Notes: generated by a model from the sequence alone, not told the origin. Positions 41,218 through 52,135 are shown, numbered from the stretch's first letter. The stretch is DNA of 64,000 nt from Polyangiales bacterium (GCA_044229975.1 JBGARZ010000003.1:224001-288000); one strand, 5' to 3'. A program made the numbers and translations.

Positions 41218-43847
41218 CGCGCACCTCCCACGAAGCCCGACGCGCGCCGTCTCCGTCTCCGCGCGCCCACGGCGAGCGACGCGCCCACGAGGACCACCCA
41301 CCCCGCCGACGAGCCCGTCGGCTGGCCACCGCGGACGGAGCAGCTCCCGCCCGAGCCGATCACCCGGTCGCGCGTGAGGGGCGTGAGCGTCGGGTCGACG
41401 CACTGGCCGTCGCGGCACACCACGTTGCCGCCACCGCCGCAGGTCACCCCGCTGCACGGGTCATCGACGAGCACGCCGTTGCGGCACACCCGCCCAGGCT
41501 GCGAACCCACGTTCTGACACGGGTCCATCTGGCAGGTGCCGCGGCCCTCCATCACCACGCAGGTGGTCCCGAGGTCGCATCGAACACCCTGGCAGAGGTC
41601 GGCGATGCAGGCCCCGTCGCGGCAGCTCTGGCCCCCAGGGCACCGGATCGTCGCGCAGCTCGCCACGCACTGGGCGGCGCCCGTCGCGTCGGGTCGGCAG
41701 AACTGCCCGGCGCCGCAGGTGCGCGTCGCGCAGCCGTTGTTGATGCACGAGCCGCCGCGGCAGAGCTGGTTGCCCGTGCAGCCGAGGCCGTAGCAGGAGT
41801 TCTCCACGCAGCTCGCGCGGCCATCGCGCACGGTGCACACGCGGCCCGTCGGGCACATCATCGCGGCGCACTCGTCGACGCAGCGGTTGTCGACGCACAC
41901 CTGGGTGGGCGCGCAGATCTCCGTCCCGCACATCGGCGGCACGCAGAACCCATCGCGATCACACGCCAGCCCGATGGAGCACGGGAACTCCCCGGGCAGG
42001 CACGGCGTCCGGCACTGGCACGCCACGCAGCGGCCGCCGCCCGGGCACAGGCTCCCCGCTCCGGCCACGTCCTCGTCGATCATGCCGTCGCAGTCGTCGT
42101 CCATGCAGTTGCAGCGCTCGGGCGTGCCCGTCGCGCCGCCCTCGCAGCTGAGCCTCCCGTCGCGGCAGCGCTGCGTCCCAGCGCGGCACAGCGGCGCGCC
42201 GTCGGCGCTCGTCATGCAGCTCGCGCCGCCGCCCGGGTTGCCCTCGTCCACGAGGCCGTTGCAGTTGTTGTCGAGCCCATCGCAGATCTCGTCGCGCCGC
42301 ATGGTCTCGTCGGCGTTGCAGACGAAGCGACCGCCGCGGCACTCGAAGGTGCCCGCCCGACACACGCCCGCGGCGAGGCCGCAGGTGCCCGCCGAGGGGA
42401 TGCCGTCGTCGATCATCCCGTTGCAGTCGTTGTCGACGCCGTCGCACACCTCCGGCCGAGGCTGCGGCGCGTTGCAGACGAAGCGCCCGCCCACGCACAC
42501 CGCCATGCCCGGCCCGCAGACCAGCTCACCCGCGGCGCACGGGCGCGCCGCCACGCCCTCGTCGACCATCCCGTCGCAGTCATTGTCGACGCCGTCGCAG
42601 ACCTCCGTCGCGGGCGACGGCGCCGAGCAGCTCCCCCACGCGCCGGCCGCGCACACCTCGCGGCCCGAGCCGCAGGTGGTGCTGCACGGGCGCGAGAGCC
42701 CATCGTCGATCATGCCGTTGCAGTTGTTGTCGCGGTTGTCGCAGACCTCGGGCAGCGGCGCGGCGCTCACGCAGTCGCCCCACGCCCCGGCCGAGCAGTA
42801 CTGCGTGCCCGCGCCGCAGTCGCCGGTGCAGGCCCGCGACACGCCCTCGTCGATGGTGCCGTTGCAGTTGTTGTCGATGTTGTCGCAGACCTCGACGCTG
42901 GCCGGGCCCGGCGTACAGGTCACGGTCATCCCGCCCTGACAGGTGTCGACGGTGCGCATGCACGCGCCCACGCCGCAGGTGGTGGTGCCGAGGCCGTCGT
43001 CGATCATGCCGTTGCAGTTGTTGTCGCGGCCGTCGCAGGTCTCGGGCACCGGGTTGCACACCGGAACGAGACCAATGGAGCGCACGAGCACGTCCTCGAA
43101 GTCGTTGTCGCCGCCGCGGAAGAGGTCTTCCCACGCGAAGTAGAACCCGTCGCGGAAGGTGCGCGACGAGTAGATGAGGAAGTGCACGTAGTCGCCGTCG
43201 TCGTTGATGCTGTTGTCCGTCGAGTAGACGCGGCGGTCGGTGGCGTTGACCGGCGCGCAGTCGAGCGTCTCGCCGTCGGCCACGGCCTCCGGGGTCATGA
43301 TGTAGAAGGCGATGGGCCCGCCGCGCCAGGTTCCGCGCGTGCGGAAGCAGTCGAAGTCGAGCTCGACGATGTTGGGGTTGACCCAGTGGGTGCAGGTGCC
43401 GTCCGCGGGCAGCGCGCGCCGCGGGCCGCCGGTACAGGGACAGTCGCACGACGCCGCGAGGTCACGGCACGCATACACCTGCTGCCGCGAGCCCGGCACG
43501 AAGGGGCTGTCGCCGACGTTGTACCAGCCGAAGCGGCTCTGATAACCGGCCCCCTCGCCCACCATCGTGAACTGCGCGATGCGACGACCGTCGCTGCGCA
43601 CCGACGGCACGAAGGTCTGCGGGTTGACGGCGGCGTTGGTCTCCGCGTCGAGCACCCCGAAGCCCTCACCGGGCGCGGGGTTGGTCACCGTTGGGACGAG
43701 GTCGGCCCGCTTGTCGAGGCACTCCTGCAACGCCTCGGTCTGCGGAACGATCACCCCGTCGACCTGGTTGATGATCGCCTGCGCCGGCAGACCGAAGAGC
43801 AGGAACACGCCGAGGAGCGATAGGAACAGACTGGTTCGGACCCGCAT
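41214..43847 (-). CDS. Surface protein: DUF4114-like domain, seven MopE-like repeats, Cys-rich stalk, MYXO-CTERM
   Basis: Signal peptide ending AQA; GEGAGYQSRFGWY and AWEDLFRGGDNDFED; tail GSGGSCSV...WVVLVGASLAVGARRRRR. Confidence 0.88.
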
Positions 43848-43988
43848 ACGATGAGCTCCTGCGTCGATCGCACGCACCACCAATCGATGGCGCACGGACG
43901 CGCTTGGACTGTCGCAGAGTCCGGCGCGCATCCGCAAGGCAGACCTTGTCCTACCCCGGTCGCCACCGTACGCCGCGGGATCGTAGCC

Positions 43989-44885
43989 TCAGCCGCGCTC
44001 GGAGCGGCCCGCCGTGGTCGCCGCCCACCCGCGCGGGTGCAGCACGATGGCCCGCGCTGCGTCGCCCAGTGCGCCCCAGCGAGCCTTCAGCGCGGGGTCG
44101 CCGAGACGCGCCAACGCCCGGTCGAAGGCGGCAGCCCGGTGAGCTTCGGTCCCGACCCTGAGCGCCAACAGTCCCCGCGCGGCGTCAGCGAGGGCGCTGA
44201 CCCCCGACACCCTGGTCTCGTCGGAGGTCACCGAGGTCGCGACGATGGGACATCGACCATCGATCGGGCTGAGCCTCGCCCGCAGCACCCGGGTCGCGGT
44301 CTCCGTGGCGACGAGACGCTCGGGGTCGTCGGCCGGGGCTTCGCGGTCGAAGGGTGGCAGCTCGTCGACCCGGTGGAGCGCGACGAGCAACGACGGCGCG
44401 GCGCCACGGCGCAGGGTCCACGCCCGGAGCAGCACACGCAGATCGTCCACGTCGTCGTCGATGCCCGCATCGACCTCGGTCGCCGAAAACACCGCGAGCG
44501 CCAGGTCGGGCGGGTCGTCGTGAAGCGCGTCGGCGAGCCGCGCGCGCAGCCCCGGCGAGCCCGCCGAACGAAGGCCGGGTGTGTCGTGGACGAGGACGGT
44601 TCCACCCCACGGGACGACGGCGCAGGACACGGCGTGCGCGGCGCCGGTCGACGCGAAGGAGGCGAGCGCCATCGCGAGCGACGACTTGCCTACGCTCCGG
44701 CGACCGACGATGGCCATCGACGGCGCCCAGCCGTGCGCCGGCACCTGCCCCAGGCGAAAGCGCGTCAGGCGCGCGACGGGCTCTCGCGACAGGTCGAGCT
44801 CGATGGTGGGCACTGGCGGCGCGACCTCGCCGATCGCGTCGGCCATGGCGCGCGCGTCGACGATGGGGTCGCGGCGTTCACTCAT
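43989..44885 (-). CDS. Degenerate Era/YfjP-like GTPase paralog
   Basis: G1 GRRSVGKS, G3 DTPG, altered G4 HRVD, no clear G2 Thr. Confidence 0.7.
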   Translation of the reverse strand: MSERRDPIVDARAMADAIGEVAPPVPTIELDLSREPVARLTRFRLGQVPAHGWAPSMAIVGRRSVGKSSLAMALASFASTGAAHAVSCAVVPWGGTVLVHDTPGLRSAGSPGLRARLADALHDDPPDLALAVFSATEVDAGIDDDVDDLRVLLRAWTLRRGAAPSLLVALHRVDELPPFDREAPADDPERLVATETATRVLRARLSPIDGRCPIVATSVTSDETRVSGVSALADAARGLLALRVGTEAHRAAAFDRALARLGDPALKARWGALGDAARAIVLHPRGWAATTAGRSERG

Positions 44886-46113
44886 CGGGCTTGGTGACGT
44901 CCGATGGCGGCCCCTGCTCGGCCGCCTCGGAGAAGGCCCGGCGCGCCTCTTCGGCGCTCGCGCCGTCGATGAAGTACCGGACGGCGGCGATGCCGAGGGC
45001 CCAGGTTCCGGTCGCGGCGATGGCGCCGGAGAGGGTCGCGCCGACAGCGGGAATGAGCTTGAGCGCCGCGCGAACGGCCTCGCGCAGCCCGACGCCGGCG
45101 CCGACGGACACGCCCAACACCGCGAGCCACTCGGTGACCGCCCGGGGACCGAGCGGGCGACCCGACGCGTACACGATGCCCGTGAGCATCGACGACTGAA
45201 GCGGAACCAACACCGCGAGGTCGGCGATGGGCAGCGGCGTCGCCCCCACGACGAACGACACGCTCGTCGCCGTCCCCACGAGGCGCATCGCCACGCGCCG
45301 GCGCACCGTGCGCGCGAGGTCGAAGGCCCGGGCCGCTTCGATCTGCGCCGACACTGGCAGGCACTGGTGGATCTCTACCGAGAGGGCGTCGAGGTTCCAC
45401 CGCCAGTCGGTGACGGCCGCGTCGCCCTCGAAGCGCTGCCAGGTGCACACGGGCACCACCGGGAGCGACGCGCCGACGACCCGCGCCACGTGGCCGCGCA
45501 GCGTATCCACCGCGCGCTGGATGGCCGCCCGCTTCTCCGGGTCGGCGTCGTAGGGAGGCGCCTTGCGCGCGGTGGGCGGCAGCTCGTCGACCTTCGTCAC
45601 GACCACCACGACGGGCACGAGCCCACCGACGTCCCCGATGGACGCGCGGAGCGCCACGAGCTCAGCGAGGTCTTCGTCCACCCCCGCGTCGACCTGGCTC
45701 GCCTTGAACAACCACAGCAGCACATCGGGTCGCTCGCCGCGGAGAGCACGCTCGACCTCCGCTCGCCGCTCGGGCCTTCCGCCCGCCCGCAGCCCCGGGG
45801 TGTCGAGCCAGCGCGCCTGGCGACCACCGAGCGCGAGGTCGACCCAGGCCGGCGCCACCGTGGTGTCCTCGACCGCCCCCACCGTCAGCGCCTCGCGACC
45901 CAGAAGCGCGTTGGCCAGTGACGATTTTCCGCTCCCCCGACGACCCAGCACCGCGACCCGGGGCGGTCTGCGCCCCACCAGCAGCGCCCTCAGATCGCGC
46001 AGCTCGTTGGCAATCTTCTGCGCGCCGGGGATGCGTTTGAGCAGCTCTTCGACGTCGTTGAGCGTGTCGGCCACGTCGCGGGCGTCGGGCGGGGGTGTCG
46101 GATCGGCTGCCAT
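44878..46113 (-). CDS. Era/YfjP-like GTPase with C-terminal DUF697/YcjF-like hydrophobic domain
   Basis: GRRGSGKSS, DTT, DTPG, TKVD; ATPLPIADLAVLVPLQ and LKLIPAVG. Confidence 0.85.
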   Translation of the reverse strand: MAADPTPPPDARDVADTLNDVEELLKRIPGAQKIANELRDLRALLVGRRPPRVAVLGRRGSGKSSLANALLGREALTVGAVEDTTVAPAWVDLALGGRQARWLDTPGLRAGGRPERRAEVERALRGERPDVLLWLFKASQVDAGVDEDLAELVALRASIGDVGGLVPVVVVVTKVDELPPTARKAPPYDADPEKRAAIQRAVDTLRGHVARVVGASLPVVPVCTWQRFEGDAAVTDWRWNLDALSVEIHQCLPVSAQIEAARAFDLARTVRRRVAMRLVGTATSVSFVVGATPLPIADLAVLVPLQSSMLTGIVYASGRPLGPRAVTEWLAVLGVSVGAGVGLREAVRAALKLIPAVGATLSGAIAATGTWALGIAAVRYFIDGASAEEARRAFSEAAEQGPPSDVTKPDE

Positions 46114-46260
46114 GCGGGCGTCGCCCATCGTACGACGCGGCCGCTCCCCCGTCAGGCCAACCGCCCCGCGCAGTCTATTCAATGACGCACTGCGGGCCAC
46201 GCGCCTCTGTCATGGAGCCTATTGCGGAAGCTCTGGGGTTCGGCGAAGGATACGCGCGCC

Positions 46261-47244
46261 ATGCCCAAGCCACTCTCTCGTTGGTCCATCGCCCTCGTCA
46301 CCGCTCTCTCCATCGGCAGCGCCGCGGAGGCCCAGCGGCTCATCTCCGTCGCCACGCTCGCGCCCAGCGGCTCGACCTGGATGCGCGGGCTGGAGGCCGC
46401 CAACCGCGAGCTCCGCCGACGCACCAACGGCGCGCTCGGCCTGCGGTTCTACCCGGGCGGCGTGCAGGGCGACGAGTCCGAGGTCATCCGCAAGATGCGC
46501 CAGGGCCGCCTCGACGGCGCCGTGGTCACGGGCGTCGGGCTCGGGCAGGTCCACCGGCCGGTGCTGGCCTTCATGCTGCCGGGGATGTTTCCCAACGAGG
46601 CCGCGCTCAATCGCTCGCGGCTCGCGCTCGCCGCCGAGGTCGAGGGGCAGTTCAACACCAACGGCTTCGTGCTCGCCTCGTGGGGCTCGTCGGGCGGCCC
46701 GCGGCTCTTCTCGCAGCGCGCGATCCACACCCCCGCCGACCTGCGCCAGGTGCACCCGTGGATCTGGCGCGACGACGTCATCCTCCCCGCCCTCTACGGC
46801 GAGGTCGGCGCGACGGGCGTGCGGCTCGCGCTCCCCGAGGTGCTCGCCGCGCTCCAGACCAACCGCATCGACACCTTCATCGCGCCTCCGCTCGCCGCGC
46901 TCGCCCTCCAGTGGTCGACCCGCGCGAGCTTCGTCTCTGAAGGCGCCAACAGCTACAGCGTCGGCGGCATCCTCATCTCGCGCCGCGCCTGGGACACGCT
47001 CCCGGCCGACCAGCAGACCACCACGCGTGAGGTGATCAACCAGTTCAACGGGCTCATCGCCCGCAACGTGGTGCGCGACGACGAGAGCGCCCTGCGCGCC
47101 ATGGCCACCCGCGGCATCACCCAGGTCGCCTACACCCCGGCCGAGCGCGAGCAGTGGACGCAGCTCTTCACGCGAACCCGCGCCCGCCTCGTCGGCACCG
47201 TCTCCGACGCCGCCTGGATGGAGCGCGTCCGCACCGCGCACTGA
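46261..47244 (+). CDS. dctP: TRAP transporter substrate-binding protein (DctP/TatP type), no membrane partners adjacent
   Basis: ATLAPSGSTW, FYPGGVQGDE..VIRKMR.G.LDG, LQTNRID. Confidence 0.88.
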   Translation: MPKPLSRWSIALVTALSIGSAAEAQRLISVATLAPSGSTWMRGLEAANRELRRRTNGALGLRFYPGGVQGDESEVIRKMRQGRLDGAVVTGVGLGQVHRPVLAFMLPGMFPNEAALNRSRLALAAEVEGQFNTNGFVLASWGSSGGPRLFSQRAIHTPADLRQVHPWIWRDDVILPALYGEVGATGVRLALPEVLAALQTNRIDTFIAPPLAALALQWSTRASFVSEGANSYSVGGILISRRAWDTLPADQQTTTREVINQFNGLIARNVVRDDESALRAMATRGITQVAYTPAEREQWTQLFTRTRARLVGTVSDAAWMERVRTAH

Positions 47245-47257
47245 CCGCCCCGCCCGC

Positions 47258-49207
47258 CTAGCCCGTCGCGCTCTCCAGCAGCCGTTCGATCAACATCGCC
47301 ACCGTCGGGTCGCGCTCGTCGCCGAGCCGGAGGTAGAGCCTCGCCCGCACCTCCTGCGAGCGGACGTCGAGCGCCGAGAGCGCCACGCTCCGCACCCCGG
47401 AGTCGACGTGGCCCAGCGCCTCGAACACCAGGTCGAGCGACGCGGGGCCGCGCGCCAGCAGCATCGCCAGCGCCTCCTGCACCACCACCGCGTCGCCGCC
47501 CTGGAGCAGCGCGCGGAGGTGCTCGGTCGGAACGTCATCGCCCAGCGCCTGGAGGGTCGCGAGGGCGACCTCGGGGTCGGGGTCTTCGAGCAGCTCGGCC
47601 GCGAGCGTCGGCGGGAAGAGCCCGCGGTCGGAGAGGCACAACACCGCCGCGAGCCGGTGCGCCGCGCGTGGGTCGGCGAGCCAGCCGATGAGGGTCAGCT
47701 CGTCCACCGCGCAGCCCCGCAGCGCCGCGAGCGCCGACCCTCGCAACGCTGGTCGCTCCAGCAGCTCCTCGCACGGGGCGACCCACCGCGCATCGCCGAT
47801 GGCCTCGACCAGCTTGAGGCCGAGGGTGAGCTCCTCGGACTCCGCCATCAGCAGCGCCGCGTCGACGAGCGAGGCATCGATGGCGCGGCCCGCGCGAACC
47901 CACTCCAGCGCCACCGAGAGCCCCGCGGGAGAGGCGTCGAGGGCGGCGTCGACCAGGGACGCGGGCGCCTCCGTCGTGCGCGACAGTAGCGTGCGCGCCA
48001 CGGCGCCAAAGTCGGCGCCCTTGGGAGCGCTTCGCATGTTGGTGAGCAGCCGACGCCAGACGCCCTCGACGCGCGCCAGCGGCGCGTGGCGGGCGAGCGA
48101 TCGCAGCGCCTCCGCGCCCACCTGCGGGTCGTCGACGATGCGAGCGAGGGCCGCGAGCACGTCGTCACCCATCGCCGCGTCGGAGGCCGCGATGGCGCGC
48201 AGCACCGCGCGGCGGGCAGCAGGGCCGAGCGTCGCGGCGTGCGCGAGGGCGGCGGTGGCCATGTGGGTCACGGCGACGTCGAGGGCGTCTTCACACGCCG
48301 CACGCAACGCGGCCGAGTGGTGCGAGAGCCCACCGAGCACGACGGCGAGCGCGGCCTGGTTGGCCGCGTGGCCGAGCATCCACACCGCGGGGACGGCGAG
48401 CTCTTCGCGCGGGTCGGCCGCGAGCGTGAGGACGGCGGACGACCACCGCGGCGACGACTCGACGAGCGGCGCGCGCAGGCGGCGATCGCCCCGCCGACCG
48501 AAGGACTCGCACGCGCGCACCGCCGCGGTGAACACGCGGCGGTCGGTTCGCTCCATGGCCTGGAGCACGGCCTCGAAGGCCGCCGGGTCGGGGTGGACCA
48601 CGAGCAGCGAGAGCGCCAGGCGCGCCGTGAGCGGGTCGCGCACGCACGCCACGAGCGCGTCGACGGGCGCATGCCGCGCGCGGGCCTGGAGCGCGAGGAG
48701 CGCCCCGATGCGCACCACCGGGTCGCGATGGTGCAGCGCCGCGATGAGCACCGGCACGGCCGATGGGTCGGGCAGCGCGGAGATGACCTCGATGGCCGCC
48801 GGAGGCAGGTTGGGGTCCTCGTCGTCGAGGAGGGCCGTGAGCGTCGGAAGGCACTCGCGGGTCACCGCCTCCATCAGCGCCTCGACGAGGAAGCGCCGCC
48901 GCGGACCGACGGTGCGCGTGAGCCGCGCGAGCACCTGCGGCTGCGCGACGGCGTGCAGCGTTCGGAGTGCCTCCAAAGCGGCGTTGCGCGCCTCGACGTC
49001 GTCGGCGAGCACCCGGTCGAGGAGGCGCTCGATGATCATCCCGTGGTCGGGCGCGCGGGAAAGCGCGAGCGCCGCCTCGCGCCGCACCCGCCAGTCGTCG
49101 TCGCCGAGGCCGAGCAGCAGCACCGGGATCATCCCGGCCGCGCCCTCGCTGTCGAGCGAGGCGAACTCCATCGCGCGCACCGCCGATGTGTCATCAACGA
49201 AGGTCAT
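47258..49207 (-). CDS. HEAT repeat protein of the chemosensory cluster
   Basis: LGDDDWRVRREAA, RNAALEAL, DPVVRIGAL repeats; follows cheW. Confidence 0.85.
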   Translation of the reverse strand: MTFVDDTSAVRAMEFASLDSEGAAGMIPVLLLGLGDDDWRVRREAALALSRAPDHGMIIERLLDRVLADDVEARNAALEALRTLHAVAQPQVLARLTRTVGPRRRFLVEALMEAVTRECLPTLTALLDDEDPNLPPAAIEVISALPDPSAVPVLIAALHHRDPVVRIGALLALQARARHAPVDALVACVRDPLTARLALSLLVVHPDPAAFEAVLQAMERTDRRVFTAAVRACESFGRRGDRRLRAPLVESSPRWSSAVLTLAADPREELAVPAVWMLGHAANQAALAVVLGGLSHHSAALRAACEDALDVAVTHMATAALAHAATLGPAARRAVLRAIAASDAAMGDDVLAALARIVDDPQVGAEALRSLARHAPLARVEGVWRRLLTNMRSAPKGADFGAVARTLLSRTTEAPASLVDAALDASPAGLSVALEWVRAGRAIDASLVDAALLMAESEELTLGLKLVEAIGDARWVAPCEELLERPALRGSALAALRGCAVDELTLIGWLADPRAAHRLAAVLCLSDRGLFPPTLAAELLEDPDPEVALATLQALGDDVPTEHLRALLQGGDAVVVQEALAMLLARGPASLDLVFEALGHVDSGVRSVALSALDVRSQEVRARLYLRLGDERDPTVAMLIERLLESATG

Positions 49208-49283
49208 GGGGCCACCGACAGCGTCTCGTGCCGTTTCACGCGCGCGCCGACGCTACCACGGGCCCCGACCGCGCCGTCCCCGC

Positions 49284-49754
49284 TCACGTCAGCCTCGCGA
49301 GCGACGCGGAGTCGGCGAGCACCACCAGGGTGGGCGGACGATCGCGCTCGGAGGCCACCCGCGCCACGCCGACGACGTGCGGGCGAGGTGTGCCGGGGAG
49401 CGACGCAGCGGGCTCGACGGTGTCGGCCGACACGCGGTGGATGCGCGTCACGGCGTCGACGAGGAGCGCGACGTCCTCGTCGCCCGACGCCACGAGGAGC
49501 AGCCGGGCCGCCGCCGAGGGCAGCGGGTCGGGGAGCGAGAGCTGCCGACGGAGATCGACGACCGTGATGACGCGCCCGTGGAGCGCGACGACGCCCCGCA
49601 CCACCCGCGGCGCGCGCGGAACCTCCGTGATGGGCGCGACCCGCGCGACCTCGCGCACCGAGGCGATGGGCAACGCGAGGTGCTCGGCGCCGACCAGGAA
49701 GCCCAGGTAGCGATCGGCCTCTGCGACGAGGCCGTCGAGCTCGCGGCGCGTCAC
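49284..49754 (-). CDS. cheW: Chemotaxis coupling protein CheW
   Basis: YLGFLVG, VREV, ITEVPRAP, GRVITVVDL, LLVDAV. Confidence 0.9.
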   Translation of the reverse strand: MTRRELDGLVAEADRYLGFLVGAEHLALPIASVREVARVAPITEVPRAPRVVRGVVALHGRVITVVDLRRQLSLPDPLPSAAARLLLVASGDEDVALLVDAVTRIHRVSADTVEPAASLPGTPRPHVVGVARVASERDRPPTLVVLADSASLARLT

Positions 49755-51754
49755 GACGAACCTCCGTCGAGCGAGCGGTCGCTCGCGAGCAGGTCGTCGA
49801 TCAGCGCTGCCGGATCGAGCACCAGCGTCGCCCGGTGGTCACCCAGCTCCGCGGCGCCCGCGAACCCCCGAACCTCTCTCAGCCCGGCGCCCAGCGGCTT
49901 GATGACCACCTCGCGCCTCGACACGATGCGCCCGACGCGCAGGCCCACGACGCGCCCTGCGAAGGAGAGCAGCACGGCAAACGGATCTTCGCCCTCACCT
50001 GCACCGTGACCCATCCATGACCCCAGCGAGAACAGCGGGATGCTGCGGCCGTGGCGCGAGATGACCGCGCGGCCGTCGACCCGCTGCGCCGCGTCGGCCG
50101 CCACGCGCACCACCTCGGAGATGGCCGCGAGCGGGACGGCGTAGCGGTGACCCGACGCCTCGACGACGAGGCACGCGACGATGGCGAGCGTGACCGGGAG
50201 GGTGATGGTCACGCGGGTGTAGACGCCGCGCTCGCTCCGCAGGTCGACGACGCCGCCGAGGCGCGCGATGGCCGAGCGCACCACGTCGAGACCCACACCG
50301 CGCCCCGAGGTGCCGGTGACCTCTGCGCGGGTGGAGAAGCCCGGTCGGAAGAGCAGTCCCAGGAGCTCCCTCTCCCCCATCGCCCGCGCCGCCGCGGCGT
50401 CGACGAGACCGCGCGCCACCGCCACCCGACGAACCTCCCCTGCGTCGATGCCGCGGCCGTCGTCCTCGACCTCCACGACGACGTGGCTGCCCGACTGCCA
50501 GGCGTTGACGGTGATGGTTCCTTCGCGGTCTTTGCGTCGCGCGAGGCGATCGGCGGGGGACTCGATGCCGTGGTCGATGGCGTTGCGAAGCAGGTGCAGT
50601 AGTGCGGCCCCGAGCTCGTCGACCTGCTGCTTGTCGAGCGAGGTCGCCCCGCCCGTCACCACGAGACGCACCTCACGTGAGAGCTCGCGCGAGAGCTTCC
50701 TCACCTCCCGCCCCAGCCGCTCGAACACCTGCCCCAGCGGAACCATCCGCGCCTCCAGCAGCTCCCGCTGCATCGAGTGGATGGTGCGCCCGAGCGAGCG
50801 CTGCAACCGCGCGAGCTCGGCGGGTTCTACCGACGACGCACCGCGGGCGCGCTCGGCCAGCTCGGCGAGTCCGTTGCGGAGCAGCGCCAGGTCACCCACG
50901 TCCGCCAGCAGGTGATCGAAGCGACGGATGTCCACCCGCACCGACGGAGCCACCCGCCCCGCTGCTCCTCCCACCGTCGAGAGCTCCCCGAGGGGCACCA
51001 GCGCGCTCGTCGCCCCCGTCGCCAGCGCCACCACGTCGACGGCCACGCGCTCCAGGGCGTTGCGCACCTCCGCAGGCGTGCGCTGCGACGCCAGCAGCAC
51101 GTCCAGCTCCAGCTCGTCGCCCGTCATGTCGCCCGTCGGCACGCACGCGATCACCTCGCCAAACTCCGAAGCCTTCGCCCTCGCCTCGGTCAGCGCCCCA
51201 TCGACGCGCTCTAGCGAGGAGCGCACCCGCACAGCGAGCACGTCGTCTCCCGCCGTCAGCCGTGCCCGCAGGCGGTGCTCCTCGTGCGTGGTCAGTCCGC
51301 GCGCCCACTCGGGGAGCGGCGCCTCGTCGGCCGGGGCGTCGTCTCCGGTCGCGCGCTCGCGCATCCGCGAGAGCACCTCGTCGAAGGCAGGGTCGTCGCT
51401 CGCATCGCCCGCTCGCAGCGAGAGCACCCGACGAGAGAGCGTCGCCGTCGCGTCGTCGAGCAGCGCGTACACCGCATGGTCCAGCGCGAGGCGATCGAAG
51501 CGCAACGCGTCGAGGAGGTCTTCGAAGGCGTGGGCGAAGTCCGCGATCGCGGCGACGCCGAAGAGCCCGCTGATGCCCTTGAGCGTGTGCACGGCGCGGA
51601 AGATCTCTCGCAGATGTTCGGCGTCGGCGGGACGTCGCAGATCGGCGTCCTCCAGGGCTCCGACGTGGCGCTCCATCACGTCGACGAGGTCGAGCGCCTC
51701 GGCGAAGAGCTCTTCCCGGGCGCGAGCGTCGAGCAGCGTGGGGTCGTCCATCAC
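49751..51754 (-). CDS. cheA: Chemotaxis histidine kinase CheA
   Basis: IFRAVHTLKG (P1), SVRVD, HLLRNAIDHGIE, DDGRG, GFST...SGRGVGLD, C-terminal CheW-like domain. Confidence 0.95.
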   Translation of the reverse strand: MMDDPTLLDARAREELFAEALDLVDVMERHVGALEDADLRRPADAEHLREIFRAVHTLKGISGLFGVAAIADFAHAFEDLLDALRFDRLALDHAVYALLDDATATLSRRVLSLRAGDASDDPAFDEVLSRMRERATGDDAPADEAPLPEWARGLTTHEEHRLRARLTAGDDVLAVRVRSSLERVDGALTEARAKASEFGEVIACVPTGDMTGDELELDVLLASQRTPAEVRNALERVAVDVVALATGATSALVPLGELSTVGGAAGRVAPSVRVDIRRFDHLLADVGDLALLRNGLAELAERARGASSVEPAELARLQRSLGRTIHSMQRELLEARMVPLGQVFERLGREVRKLSRELSREVRLVVTGGATSLDKQQVDELGAALLHLLRNAIDHGIESPADRLARRKDREGTITVNAWQSGSHVVVEVEDDGRGIDAGEVRRVAVARGLVDAAAARAMGERELLGLLFRPGFSTRAEVTGTSGRGVGLDVVRSAIARLGGVVDLRSERGVYTRVTITLPVTLAIVACLVVEASGHRYAVPLAAISEVVRVAADAAQRVDGRAVISRHGRSIPLFSLGSWMGHGAGEGEDPFAVLLSFAGRVVGLRVGRIVSRREVVIKPLGAGLREVRGFAGAAELGDHRATLVLDPAALIDDLLASDRSLDGGSS

Positions 51755-51766
51755 GCGCTCAGCGTG

Positions 51767-52135
51767 TCACCCGCGGTACGGGCGCACCGCGTCGAGCAGC
51801 TGCGTCGGCGTCAGCGGCTTCTCGACGTACCCGTTGGCGCCGAGACCGAGCGCCTTCGCGCGGTCGGCCTGGCCCGCCTCGGTGGTCACCATCACCACCG
51901 GGATGGCGCTCGTCGCGGCGTGCCGACGGAGCATCGCGAGCAGCTCCAGACCCGACACGTTGGGGAGGTTGACGTCGAGCAGCACGCAGCGTGGCGGCGA
52001 GGCGACCGCGAGCCGAAACGCCTCCAGCGCGGCGCCCACGGCGACGACCTCGTCGACCCCGTCACCCTCCAGCACCGCGGTCATGAAGGTCCGCATGGAT
52101 GCCGAGTCATCGACGATCAGGAAGCGCTCCACCAC
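51767..52135 (-). CDS. cheY: Single-domain CheY-like response regulator
   Basis: LIVDDS, LLDVNLP, VTTE, EKP; directly upstream of cheA. Confidence 0.85.
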   Translation of the reverse strand: MVERFLIVDDSASMRTFMTAVLEGDGVDEVVAVGAALEAFRLAVASPPRCVLLDVNLPNVSGLELLAMLRRHAATSAIPVVMVTTEAGQADRAKALGLGANGYVEKPLTPTQLLDAVRPYRG

